Shown here one piece after another: positions 54,423-63,360 of a stretch of DNA of 64,000 nt (positions are counted from its first letter, which is position 1; each line of letters starts with the position of its first letter). The notes beneath the pieces are model-generated. The model was not told the DNA's origin. It was given only the letters and a program-made list of their open reading frames with translations, and did no database searches. Made by a program: the position numbers and the translations under genes. This DNA is from a virus, in the IMG/VR virus record IMGVR_UViG_3300044645_002216, positions 3,307 through 67,306 of that record; one strand, 5' to 3'.

Positions 54423-55463
54423 ATGAAAGTCGCTATTATCACCGACCAGCACTTTGGTGCTAGAAAGAATTCCAAACTCTTTCATGACTATTTCTTAAAA
54501 TTCTACAATGATGTATTTTTCCCAACGCTCAGAGAGTATGGGATTACTACTATTGTAGATATGGGAGATACTTTTGATAGTCGTAAAGGAATTGATTTCT
54601 CAGCACTATCTTGGGCAAAGAATAATTACTATGACCGTCTCCATGAAATGGGAGTAAAGGTTCATACGATTGTCGGTAATCATACGGCTTACTATAAGAA
54701 TACTAATGATGTAAATGCTGTGGATTTATTGCTTCGTGAGTATGATAATGTAACTGTATATTCAAAACCAACTGAAGTTAAATTAGATAAACTCAACGTA
54801 CTTTTTATACCATGGATTAATCAAGAAAATGAGGAAACTACTCTCAAACTTATTCAAAAGACAACTTGCTCGTGTGCGATGGGGCACCTTGAACTCCAAG
54901 GATTTAGAGTTAATAACCAAATCATCATGGAGCATGGTTTGGAGGGCAAATTATTTGAGAAGTTCACCCGTGTCTACTCGGGACACTATCACACTCGGTC
55001 AGACAATGGAACAGTCTTCTATCTAGGAAACCCCTATGAACTATATTGGAATGATCTAAACGATAAAAGGGGTTTTACTATTTTCGATACTGAAACCTTA
55101 GAACATACTCCAATTAATAATCCATATAGAATGTTTTATAACATTTACTATGAGGATACAAATTATCAAACATTTGATACTCGTGAGTATGAGAACAAGA
55201 TTGTAAAAATTGTTGTTCGTAAGAAGACTGATACTAAAAAGTTTGAAAAGTTTGTTGATAAACTTTATTCTTCAAATATTGCAGAACTTAAAATTGTAGA
55301 GAACTTTGAGATTCAGGGGTCAGATGATTTTGAAGCAATTGAGTCTGAAGATACTCTTTCAATTTTGAATAGATATGTTGAAGAATCTGAAGTAGGCCTT
55401 GATAAATCAATCATACAAAAACTACTTCAGGAAGTTTATCAAGAGGCTTGTGAGTTAGTTTAA
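54423..55463 (+). CDS. gp47: Recombination nuclease subunit gp47 (Mre11/SbcD-like)
   Basis: TDQHFG, GDTFD, GNH, GHLE, SGHYH phosphoesterase motifs. Confidence 0.96.
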   Translation: MKVAIITDQHFGARKNSKLFHDYFLKFYNDVFFPTLREYGITTIVDMGDTFDSRKGIDFSALSWAKNNYYDRLHEMGVKVHTIVGNHTAYYKNTNDVNAVDLLLREYDNVTVYSKPTEVKLDKLNVLFIPWINQENEETTLKLIQKTTCSCAMGHLELQGFRVNNQIIMEHGLEGKLFEKFTRVYSGHYHTRSDNGTVFYLGNPYELYWNDLNDKRGFTIFDTETLEHTPINNPYRMFYNIYYEDTNYQTFDTREYENKIVKIVVRKKTDTKKFEKFVDKLYSSNIAELKIVENFEIQGSDDFEAIESEDTLSILNRYVEESEVGLDKSIIQKLLQEVYQEACELV

Positions 55464-55464
55464 T

Positions 55465-55737
55465 ATGTTCATATTAACTATTAATGGTAGAGAAACTGAA
55501 GGAGCATACTCTGTAAAGAACGAAGAAGGAGAAAAAATTCTTTATTTGTTTCAAGAGGAAGATGATGCAACTAGATATGCTATAATGCTCGAAGAAGATG
55601 ATTATCCAGAAATGCATGTAATTGAAATTGAAGATGATGTAATTATAAAAACATGTGAACTGCATGGATATCAGTATGCTGTAATAACTCCTGATGATAT
55701 TGTAATTCCTCCAGACATTGAACATGATTTTATTTAA
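55465..55737 (+). CDS. Conserved hypothetical protein between gp47 and gp46
   Basis: EGAYSV...F-x-EEDDA-x-RY motif. Confidence 0.75.
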   Translation: MFILTINGRETEGAYSVKNEEGEKILYLFQEEDDATRYAIMLEEDDYPEMHVIEIEDDVIIKTCELHGYQYAVITPDDIVIPPDIEHDFI

Positions 55738-57436
55738 AACTATAAAGTGGCGTAATTTTCTAAGTACAGGTCAACAATTTACTGAACTTGATTTTACCAA
55801 AAACAATACAAATCTAATTATTGGAACCAATGGTGCTGGAAAAAGCACCGTATTAGATGCTTTGTGTTTTTCTTTATTTGGTAAACCATTTCGCAAAATC
55901 AATAAACCACAACTTATCAATTCAGTGAACGATAAGGACTGTAGAGTTGAAGTTGAGTTTTCTATTGGTAAAGTAAATTGGAAAGTTATAAGGGGAATTA
56001 AACCCACAGTATTTGAAATTTGGAGAGATGACAAACTTCTTGACCAATCTTCCGCTTCTTTAGACCAGCAAAAGTGGTTGGAACAAAATGTTCTGAAGAT
56101 GAACTATAAGTCTTTTACTCAAATTGTGATTCTGGGTTCTAGTACTTTCGTACCTTTTATGCAACTTTCTGCTGCACATCGCAGAGAAGTAATTGAAGAT
56201 TTATTGGACATTAAGATCTTTTCTTCAATGAACGTTGTAATTAAGGACAAGATTCGTTTACTTAAAGATGAAATTAAAACTCTTGAACTGAAGAAAGAGT
56301 CTCTTAACGATAAAGTCCAAATGCAAAAAGACTTTATTGAAGAACTTGAAAATCGTGGAAAGGATAATATCAATAATAATAATCTGAAAATTTCTGATTT
56401 AGATAAGGAAATTGAACAGTATATGAGTGAGAATAGTTCTTTAGAAGAACCTCTTCAGGAACTCATTAATGAGCAGGAGGCAATTACTGGATATGCTGAG
56501 AAACTTCGTAAGTTAGGAAACTTAAAAGGGAAGATATCCCAAAAGGTATCTACTATTACTAAAGAACATAAGTTCTTCACTGAGAATACGGTATGCCCTA
56601 CTTGTACTCAACCTATCGATGAGGAGTTCAGAATAAATAGGATCAACGACGCTCAAGATAAAGCAAAAGAGTTGCAATCTGGTTATAAAGAACTGGAGGA
56701 GGCAATTAAAGAGGAAGAGAAGCGAGAGCGTCAATTCAATACTCTATCAAAGGAGATTTCAAAATTAACGAATGACATTTCTCAAAACAATGTTAAGATT
56801 TCTGGATGCCAAAGACAAATCAGAAGTCTGGAATCGGAAATTCAAAGAATTGCCGAACAACTTGCAAATCGAAATTCTGAGCATGAGAAGTTAGAATCCT
56901 TTAAAGAGAATTTAAAAACTACATACGACGACCTCGCTTCTAAAAAAGACACAATCAACTATTACGATTTTTCGTATAGTTTGCTCAAAGACGGTGGAGT
57001 AAAATCCAAAATCATCAAGAAGTATTTGCCACTCATCAATCAGCAAGTTAATCGCTACTTGCAAATGATGGACTTCTATATTAACTTTACTCTTGATGAG
57101 GAGTTTAACGAAACCGTCCGGTCACCAATTCACGAAGATTTCTCATATGCTTCCTTTAGTGAAGGAGAAAAGATGAGAATCGACCTGGCACTTCTTTTCA
57201 CTTGGAGGGAAGTTGCAAGAATGAAGAACTCAGTCAATACAAATCTTCTAATTATGGATGAGGTGTTTGATTCTTCACTTGATGGATTTGGGACAGAAGA
57301 GTTCCTTAAGATTATCCGTTATGTAATTAAAGATGCAAATATCTTTGTTATCTCCCATAAGACTGGACTAGAGGATAGATTCGAAAGCGTCATCCGATTC
57401 GAGAAAGTCAAAGGTTTTTCGCATATGGTGGTCTAA
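55724..57436 (+). CDS. gp46: Recombination ATPase gp46 (Rad50/SbcC-like)
   Basis: GTNGAGKST Walker A, CPTC zinc hook, FSEGEK signature, LIMDEVFD Walker B; ATG at 55724. Confidence 0.96.
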   Translation: MILFKTIKWRNFLSTGQQFTELDFTKNNTNLIIGTNGAGKSTVLDALCFSLFGKPFRKINKPQLINSVNDKDCRVEVEFSIGKVNWKVIRGIKPTVFEIWRDDKLLDQSSASLDQQKWLEQNVLKMNYKSFTQIVILGSSTFVPFMQLSAAHRREVIEDLLDIKIFSSMNVVIKDKIRLLKDEIKTLELKKESLNDKVQMQKDFIEELENRGKDNINNNNLKISDLDKEIEQYMSENSSLEEPLQELINEQEAITGYAEKLRKLGNLKGKISQKVSTITKEHKFFTENTVCPTCTQPIDEEFRINRINDAQDKAKELQSGYKELEEAIKEEEKRERQFNTLSKEISKLTNDISQNNVKISGCQRQIRSLESEIQRIAEQLANRNSEHEKLESFKENLKTTYDDLASKKDTINYYDFSYSLLKDGGVKSKIIKKYLPLINQQVNRYLQMMDFYINFTLDEEFNETVRSPIHEDFSYASFSEGEKMRIDLALLFTWREVARMKNSVNTNLLIMDEVFDSSLDGFGTEEFLKIIRYVIKDANIFVISHKTGLEDRFESVIRFEKVKGFSHMVV

Positions 57437-57437
57437 T

Positions 57438-57491
57438 CCACTTTCTAAACTGGCCACCGGAGGGTTTTAAGACCCTCTTTTTTAGTATAAT
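57438..57491 (+). promoter_or_regulatory. Composite early-promoter/terminator element A
   Basis: CCACTT-N4-AACTGG-CCAC, GAGGGT/ACCCTC hairpin plus T-run, TATAAT at 57486. Confidence 0.7.
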
Positions 57492-57513
57492 AGGGTCATA
57501 CGAATCCAACCCA

Positions 57514-59700
57514 ATGCCAATCCGCCACGAAATCAAATCTCAACTTGCCAAACTGCTTGCTACTGAGGATTTGGTGGTTGAGCACAAGAAGGTTTCTACT
57601 GCTTGTTTTAATGTCCATACTCGTGTGTTGACTCTTCCTCTATGGGAGAAAGCAAGCAACCTTGTATATGACCTCCTAGTGGGCCATGAAGTTGGACACG
57701 CACTATTCACCCCCGATGAGGATTGGACTGAACAAGTAAAAGTTCCTCCTCAGTTTGTGAATGTGGTTGAGGATGCTCGGGTTGAGAAACTGATGAAGCG
57801 TAAGTATGCTGGACTTGCCAAGACTTTCTTTAATGGATATAAGGAACTGAACGAAGAAGATTTCTTTCAGATTGCTGATGATGATATTTCCACCTTCAAT
57901 CTTGCTGACCGTGCTAATCTTTACTTTAAGATTGGTAATTTTATCAACTTAGACTTTAGTGTAGAAGAAAAAGAAATCATCAATTTGGTTGCTGCATCTG
58001 AAAGTTTTGCGGATGTTCTGATTGCTGCAGAAGAACTATACAAATATTGTAAGAAAGAAAAGAAACAGGAACAAAAGGTTGCTGACTTTGATTCTCATGA
58101 GATTCAAGGTAATTCACAGTCTCCTGCTAACGAAATTGTGGAGAATAATAACTTCCCTTCTGAGCAAGATGGTGAGAATGATAGTTCTCAACCTAAAGAT
58201 GATGAAGGTTCATATGGTGGAACTGCTCAGGGAGATCAAACTCAAGTAAAGTCTGGTGGTGAACAAGATGACCCTGAAGTTAAAACTGTAGATTCCTTAG
58301 AAGAAAAAATTCGTGACCTTGTTGGAAATGATGATTATGAAAATACTTATGTTGAAGTTCCCCAACTGAACCTAGACACGGTAGTTGCTAAGAACCTTGA
58401 GGTTCACAAAGAGATTGATTATTCTTTTGCCCATCAGCAAAAAATTCATAATGAGTGGGCAGAGGAGAAAAAAATTACTCCAGCAAATCTTTATAAGGAA
58501 TCCGATCTTGAGTTTAGTAAGTTCAAGTCTTCTGCCCAAAAAGAAGTTAACTATCTCATAAAAGAGTTTGAGTGTCGCAAGGCAGCAGATCAGTATGCTC
58601 GTGCATCAACTGCTCGTACTGGTGTTCTTGACACCACTCGCCTTCACACCTACAAATACAATGAGGATCTTTTCAAAAAGGTTTCTGTAATTCCTGATGG
58701 TAAGAATCATGGACTAGTATTTGTTTTAGACTGGAGCGGATCTATGTCTGATGTTATAGTAGACACTTGCAAGCAACTCTTCAATCTTGTGTGGTTCTGT
58801 AAGAAGGTTTCTATTCCTTTTGAGGTTTATGCTTTTACAAATGAATGGCGTCGTGGTGAGTATGACTATGAAAATGATAAGTATATTGCCGTTGACCGCA
58901 CTCCTCATTATGAAAAGAAAGAAAGTTTGCTGATTGTAGATGAATCTTTCTCTATGATGAATATTCTAACCAGTAAAGTTTCTGGTAAAGAAATAGAGCG
59001 TCAACTTTTGAATATCTGGCGTCTTGCTTATTGTTTTGGTAAAGGATACCATTGTTCTTATACTTATCCCAATCGTTTGAGTCTTTCCGGAACTCCTTTG
59101 AATGAATCTCTCATTTGTCTTCACCAGATTCTTCCTAAGTTTCAAAAGGAAAACAAACTTCAGAAAGTTCAGTGTATTGTTTTGACTGATGGTGAGGCGA
59201 ATCAACTCACCTATCATAAAGAAGTGCGTCGTTCTTATTCAAAAGAACCTATTCTCGGAAGTGGTTATGTTTATCCTGGTATCACATTCCTACGTGACCG
59301 AAAACTTGGAACTACTTATAAAGTTGATTATGGATATCACGGATTCACTGATACTCTCCTTCGCAATCTAAAGGATAAGTTTTCTTCCGCAAACTTTATT
59401 GGAATTCGTGTTCTTGAAAGTCGTAATGCAAGTCGTTTTATCCAGCTATATCATTCTCAACTTGATAAGCAGTATGAAAAAATCCAGAATGATTGGAAGA
59501 AGCTCCGCAGTTTCACTATTACCAACTCTGGATATGATGCATACTTCGGAATGTCTGCAACTGCCCTTGCTCAGGATTCTGAGTTTGAGGTTGCTGAGGA
59601 TGCTACCAAGTCACAAATTAAATCTGCATTTGTGAAATCTCTGAAGACCAAAAAACTAAATAAGAAAGTTCTTGGTGAGTTTATTTCCTTGGTAGCATGA
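57514..59700 (+). CDS. CobT-like protein: N-terminal HExxH metallopeptidase-like domain plus vWA domain
   Basis: HEVGH...NVVEDARVE; MIDAS motifs DWSGS, GTPL, LTDGE; partner of the downstream CobS. Confidence 0.88.
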   Translation: MPIRHEIKSQLAKLLATEDLVVEHKKVSTACFNVHTRVLTLPLWEKASNLVYDLLVGHEVGHALFTPDEDWTEQVKVPPQFVNVVEDARVEKLMKRKYAGLAKTFFNGYKELNEEDFFQIADDDISTFNLADRANLYFKIGNFINLDFSVEEKEIINLVAASESFADVLIAAEELYKYCKKEKKQEQKVADFDSHEIQGNSQSPANEIVENNNFPSEQDGENDSSQPKDDEGSYGGTAQGDQTQVKSGGEQDDPEVKTVDSLEEKIRDLVGNDDYENTYVEVPQLNLDTVVAKNLEVHKEIDYSFAHQQKIHNEWAEEKKITPANLYKESDLEFSKFKSSAQKEVNYLIKEFECRKAADQYARASTARTGVLDTTRLHTYKYNEDLFKKVSVIPDGKNHGLVFVLDWSGSMSDVIVDTCKQLFNLVWFCKKVSIPFEVYAFTNEWRRGEYDYENDKYIAVDRTPHYEKKESLLIVDESFSMMNILTSKVSGKEIERQLLNIWRLAYCFGKGYHCSYTYPNRLSLSGTPLNESLICLHQILPKFQKENKLQKVQCIVLTDGEANQLTYHKEVRRSYSKEPILGSGYVYPGITFLRDRKLGTTYKVDYGYHGFTDTLLRNLKDKFSSANFIGIRVLESRNASRFIQLYHSQLDKQYEKIQNDWKKLRSFTITNSGYDAYFGMSATALAQDSEFEVAEDATKSQIKSAFVKSLKTKKLNKKVLGEFISLVA

Positions 59701-59882
59701 AACAGAAATTTCCTTTTGAACACGTAGTAAAATACGATACCAAAGAAGTTTGGATTATTTGTAGTAGTGTAACTACCGCTTTAGGCATTCCCACATTGGT
59801 TGAAAAATACTATCCAGGATACACATGGAGGATTGTTACGAGTGAATACCTAGATCAACTGAGGAACCAGTTGGTAAACTGA
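59697..59882 (+). CDS. Small hypothetical protein
   Basis: ATGA overlap with the upstream stop codon. Confidence 0.7.
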   Translation: MKQKFPFEHVVKYDTKEVWIICSSVTTALGIPTLVEKYYPGYTWRIVTSEYLDQLRNQLVN

Positions 59883-59921
59883 CCACTGGGGGTTCTTGGG
59901 AACCCCTTTTTGCTCTATAAT
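59867..59921 (+). promoter_or_regulatory. Composite early-promoter/terminator element B
   Basis: CCAGTT-N4-AACTGA-CCAC, GGGGTTC/GAACCCC hairpin plus T-run, TATAAT at 59916; same layout as element A. Confidence 0.7.
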
Positions 59922-59944
59922 AACAGAGTCAAAACAAAACAACC

Positions 59945-61051
59945 ATGACACTATCCTCAGATTACATCCGCACTTCTCTGCAATCACTTTACGGTAACGT
60001 TGTTACTGGTGCTGATATTCGTGCGTGGTGTTCTTTGAATGATTCTAATTATCAAACTATTACAAAAAAACTTGAGAATTTTAAAGTTGGTCGTGGCAAA
60101 TGGAATCTTGAAGTGACCCAACAAAAAGTAGAAGAAATTGAACGCACTTTTCTAGCACCTGCTGTGGTTCCTCCTGTAGAACAAAACCTTATTCCTGATA
60201 AAGATGATACCTTCGTCAAGTTTGGTAATTTCAACGATATTAAGAAAATTATTCAGTCCAGCCTATTCTATCCTACGTTCATTACGGGTCTTTCGGGTAA
60301 TGGCAAAACGTTCTCTGTGGAGCAAGCGTGTTCTCAACTGAAGCGCGAACTAATCCGTGTAAACATTACCATTGAAACTGATGAAGACGACCTTATCGGG
60401 GGTTTCCGCCTTGTTGATGGGAATACTGCTTGGCACAACGGTCCCGTCATTGAGGCACTGGAGCGAGGAGCAATCCTGCTTCTTGACGAAATCGACCTCG
60501 CTAGCAACAAAATTCTGTGTCTCCAATCCATCCTTGAAGGAAAGGGTGTCTTCCTGAAGAAGATTGGTCGGTGGGTAAAACCCGCTGCTGGTTTCAATGT
60601 AATTGCCACCGCCAACACCAAGGGTAAGGGTTCTGATGATGGACGTTTCATTGGCACCAACGTGCTCAATGAAGCATTCCTTGAGCGTTTCCCTGTGACC
60701 TTTGAGCAAACCTATCCTGCTCCTGCGACTGAGCAGAAAATCCTTGAGGGTGTTGCTCTGGACCTTGGAGTGGAAGACCGTGAGTTCTGTAAGCGTCTTG
60801 TAGATTGGTCTGATATTATTCGCAAGACATTCTATGATGGAGGTATTGAAGAAATTATCAGCACCCGTCGTCTGGTTCACATCATCCGTGCTTACAGCAT
60901 TTTCCAAGATAAGGCAAAGGCAATTCAAGTTTGCGTAAATCGTTTTGATGATGAAACCAAACAGGCATTCTTGGAACTCTATGACAAGGTAGATGCTGAT
61001 TTCCAAATGCCCACAGAACAGACTGAGGTTGCGCAGGACACTCCTTTCTGA
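59945..61051 (+). CDS. cobS: CobS/MoxR-type AAA+ ATPase
   Basis: GLSGNGKT Walker A, LLLDEID Walker B, TANTKG, NEAFLERF, ISTRRL motifs. Confidence 0.92.
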   Translation: MTLSSDYIRTSLQSLYGNVVTGADIRAWCSLNDSNYQTITKKLENFKVGRGKWNLEVTQQKVEEIERTFLAPAVVPPVEQNLIPDKDDTFVKFGNFNDIKKIIQSSLFYPTFITGLSGNGKTFSVEQACSQLKRELIRVNITIETDEDDLIGGFRLVDGNTAWHNGPVIEALERGAILLLDEIDLASNKILCLQSILEGKGVFLKKIGRWVKPAAGFNVIATANTKGKGSDDGRFIGTNVLNEAFLERFPVTFEQTYPAPATEQKILEGVALDLGVEDREFCKRLVDWSDIIRKTFYDGGIEEIISTRRLVHIIRAYSIFQDKAKAIQVCVNRFDDETKQAFLELYDKVDADFQMPTEQTEVAQDTPF

Positions 61052-61089
61052 TATAATATGGGGAGGTAAAAAGTGCCTTCCCTCTTTTT
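61029..61089 (+). promoter_or_regulatory. Extended -10 promoter overlapping a terminator hairpin
   Basis: TTGCGC, 17 nt, TGa-TATAAT (61052-61057); GGGGAGGTA/TGCCTTCCC stem at 61060-61082 followed by TCTTTTT. Confidence 0.55.
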
Positions 61090-61443
61090 ATGATTGAATC
61101 AACCTTTACTATTACTATGCCCGAAACAACAAATCATCTTTGGAAATACAACGAAGATAAAATCCTTAAGGATATTGAGGATTATGTGACTGGAACTTAT
61201 GGGAGTCACTACTGTGGTCACAATCAAGAATACAGCGACATCCAAACGATTGATCTGATGGCTGCAAAGGACCTTGCTCCTGGTTTCTGTCAGGCAAACA
61301 TCCTAAAGTATGGAAGTCGCTATGGTGATAAGGATGGGCGCAACAAGCGTGACTTGCTTAAAGTAATTCACTATGCTATGCTTCTGCTCCACTTTGATGG
61401 GCATTATACTCGTCAAGACAATGGTCTGACCGAATTTCGCTGA
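61090..61443 (+). CDS. Conserved phage protein, DUF3310-like
   Basis: HY...IQTID...FC-x-ANILKY-x-SRYG-x-K-x-G-x-x-x-x-DL-x-K motif. Confidence 0.8.
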   Translation: MIESTFTITMPETTNHLWKYNEDKILKDIEDYVTGTYGSHYCGHNQEYSDIQTIDLMAAKDLAPGFCQANILKYGSRYGDKDGRNKRDLLKVIHYAMLLLHFDGHYTRQDNGLTEFR

Positions 61444-61448
61444 TTATT

Positions 61449-62135
61449 ATGAAACTCTCCGACAAAACTATGAAACTCTCTGACAAAACTCTGACTCTTC
61501 TGAAGAATTTCTCTTCTATCAATCAGTCCATTCTTTTTAAGGAGGGGAATAGTCTTCGCACTATTTCTGTGATGAAAAATATTCTTGCTGAGGCAACTAT
61601 TGAGGAAGAACTTCCCAAGGATTTTGGTATCTATGATTTGAATCAATTTTTGAATGGTCTAAATCTTCACCATAATGCTGAACTTGATTTCCAGAACGAT
61701 GGATATGTCGTTATCAAAGAGGGTAAGTCTCGTTCCAAGTATTTCTTTGCAGATCCAAACGTAATCATTACTCCCCCCGATAAATCTATTTCTCTACCGA
61801 GTGAAGATGTTTGTTTCATTCTTGATACCAAAGAACTCGATAAACTGCTTAAGGCTGCTGCTGTTTATCAACTTCCTGACCTGTCTGTGGTTGGTGAAGC
61901 AGGTGTGGTGAAACTCGTTGTTCGTGATAAGAAGAACGATACATCCAATGATTTCTCTGTGGTTGTTGGTGAAACTGATGAGGTATTCACTTTCAACTTC
62001 AAGGTAGAAAACATCAAGATTATTCCTGGGAATTATGAGGTTGTCATCTCAAGTAAACTTCTGTCACGATTCAAGAATACTGGGTTTGATGTGACTTATT
62101 ATATTGCTCTGGAGCCTGATTCTACTTTTGGTTGA
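61449..62135 (+). CDS. gp45: DNA polymerase sliding clamp gp45
   Basis: LKNFSSINQSI, FGIYDLNQFL, YYIALE motifs. Confidence 0.96.
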   Translation: MKLSDKTMKLSDKTLTLLKNFSSINQSILFKEGNSLRTISVMKNILAEATIEEELPKDFGIYDLNQFLNGLNLHHNAELDFQNDGYVVIKEGKSRSKYFFADPNVIITPPDKSISLPSEDVCFILDTKELDKLLKAAAVYQLPDLSVVGEAGVVKLVVRDKKNDTSNDFSVVVGETDEVFTFNFKVENIKIIPGNYEVVISSKLLSRFKNTGFDVTYYIALEPDSTFG

Positions 62136-62647
62136 TGAACATCTTTGTCACTTCCCCTTGGCCTGCTGAGAGTGCTATTTGCCTTCCCGACAAACACGTC
62201 GTTAAGATGCCCTTAGAGTGCTGTCAAATGCTTTCTATCGTGGCATCAGAGAAGTGGGGACACGGATACGGCACTCTCCCTAAGGCGGATGGAACCCCCT
62301 ACAAGACCGAGAAAGGAGCATTCCGCAATCATCCCTGCACCAAGTGGGCACTGGAGAGTATCCATAATGCCTACTGGTTAATCAAGTGGGGATTGAACTT
62401 GTCTGATGAATACTGCCTGCGGTATAATAAAACTCACTCCTGTTATAAAACTCTAGTGGATGCATACTATTTGTTTCCCAAAGGTAAGATTACAGAAGTG
62501 ACTCCATTTGCTCGTGCGATGCCTGAGGAATGGAAGTTTGACGACACCATTGATACATTTGAAGCATACAAAAGATATATCTCATCCAAACCTTGGGTGT
62601 CTGAAAACTATCTTCGTATGCCGCAAAGAAAACCTGATTGGATTTGA
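62132..62647 (+). CDS. Pyrimidine-dimer glycosylase (DenV)-like protein
   Basis: MNIF...DKHVVKM-x-LE-x-x-QML...NHPCT-x-W...EY-x-x-RY-x-K-x-H, AMP motifs. Confidence 0.75.
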   Translation: MMNIFVTSPWPAESAICLPDKHVVKMPLECCQMLSIVASEKWGHGYGTLPKADGTPYKTEKGAFRNHPCTKWALESIHNAYWLIKWGLNLSDEYCLRYNKTHSCYKTLVDAYYLFPKGKITEVTPFARAMPEEWKFDDTIDTFEAYKRYISSKPWVSENYLRMPQRKPDWI

Positions 62648-62850
62648 TTATGAAAGTTTATGACTACCGAATTGTAGAGAAACTTAATGTGGATACTATG
62701 AAACCTTATTTCATAATTCAAAAATACAATCTTCTTACACAAGAATATAACCTCCACTCAAATGCCCATATTCAAACACTTGAAGAAGCACAAGAAGCAA
62801 TACAACTATTGAGAAAATACAAACAACCAATTTACCATTATGTTGAGTAA
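62638..62850 (+). CDS. Small hypothetical protein
   Basis: ORF track; start may be the ATG ~62650. Confidence 0.6.
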   Translation: MDLIMKVYDYRIVEKLNVDTMKPYFIIQKYNLLTQEYNLHSNAHIQTLEEAQEAIQLLRKYKQPIYHYVE

Positions 62851-62881
62851 TTATTCCAAACTACACCAAATGTCGTTTGGT

Positions 62882-62889
62882 TATAAATA
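62882..62889 (+). promoter_or_regulatory. T4-type late promoter of the HNH gene
   Basis: TATAAATA 21 nt before the ATG. Confidence 0.75.
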
Positions 62890-62910
62890 ATAATAGTTAT
62901 TACTCTTCTA

Positions 62911-63360
62911 ATGGAACTCGATGGAATTACCTACAAACAATCAAAAACTTATCCAGACATTTATGTAAGTGCTTGTGGTAAAATTCTAAATGTAAAACCT
63001 ATTGGAAGAGTTGATAAAAGAGATGGATATGTTGTAGTTCGTGAAAAACGACTTCATCAACTTGTGGTAGAATGTTGGGGAGAACCAAGGCCAAAAGGTA
63101 GAGATTGGTGTATAGACCATATTGATGAGAATAAAACCAACAACAAAGTTGAAAACTTAAGATGGTTGCCTCGTTCAGAAAACACAAGAAGGTCTCAAAT
63201 TGGAAAATCAAATCCAAGAAAAGCAGTTGTTCAAATGGAGAGTGAAGTAAAGGAAGAAATTGTTAATCTTTCCAATCAGGGATTGTCGCAAAGACAGATT
63301 GCTGATATTATGGGAAAAAGTCAAAGAAGTATTTGGAATGTATTGAATGGAGTTTATTGA
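62911..63360 (+). mobile_element. Free-standing HNH homing endonuclease with a C-terminal HTH
   Basis: LHQLV...IDHIDENKTNNKVENLRWL-x-x-SEN HNH motif; GLSQRQIADIMGKSQRSIWNVL helix-turn-helix. Confidence 0.88.

Noticed and set aside
37871-57436. Inteins or introns in gp17, gp20, gp23, uvsW or gp46
   Set aside because: All are uninterrupted and of ordinary length.
60350-61006. 218-aa antisense ORF within cobS
   Set aside because: Explained by the codon bias of the sense gene; no recognisable domain.
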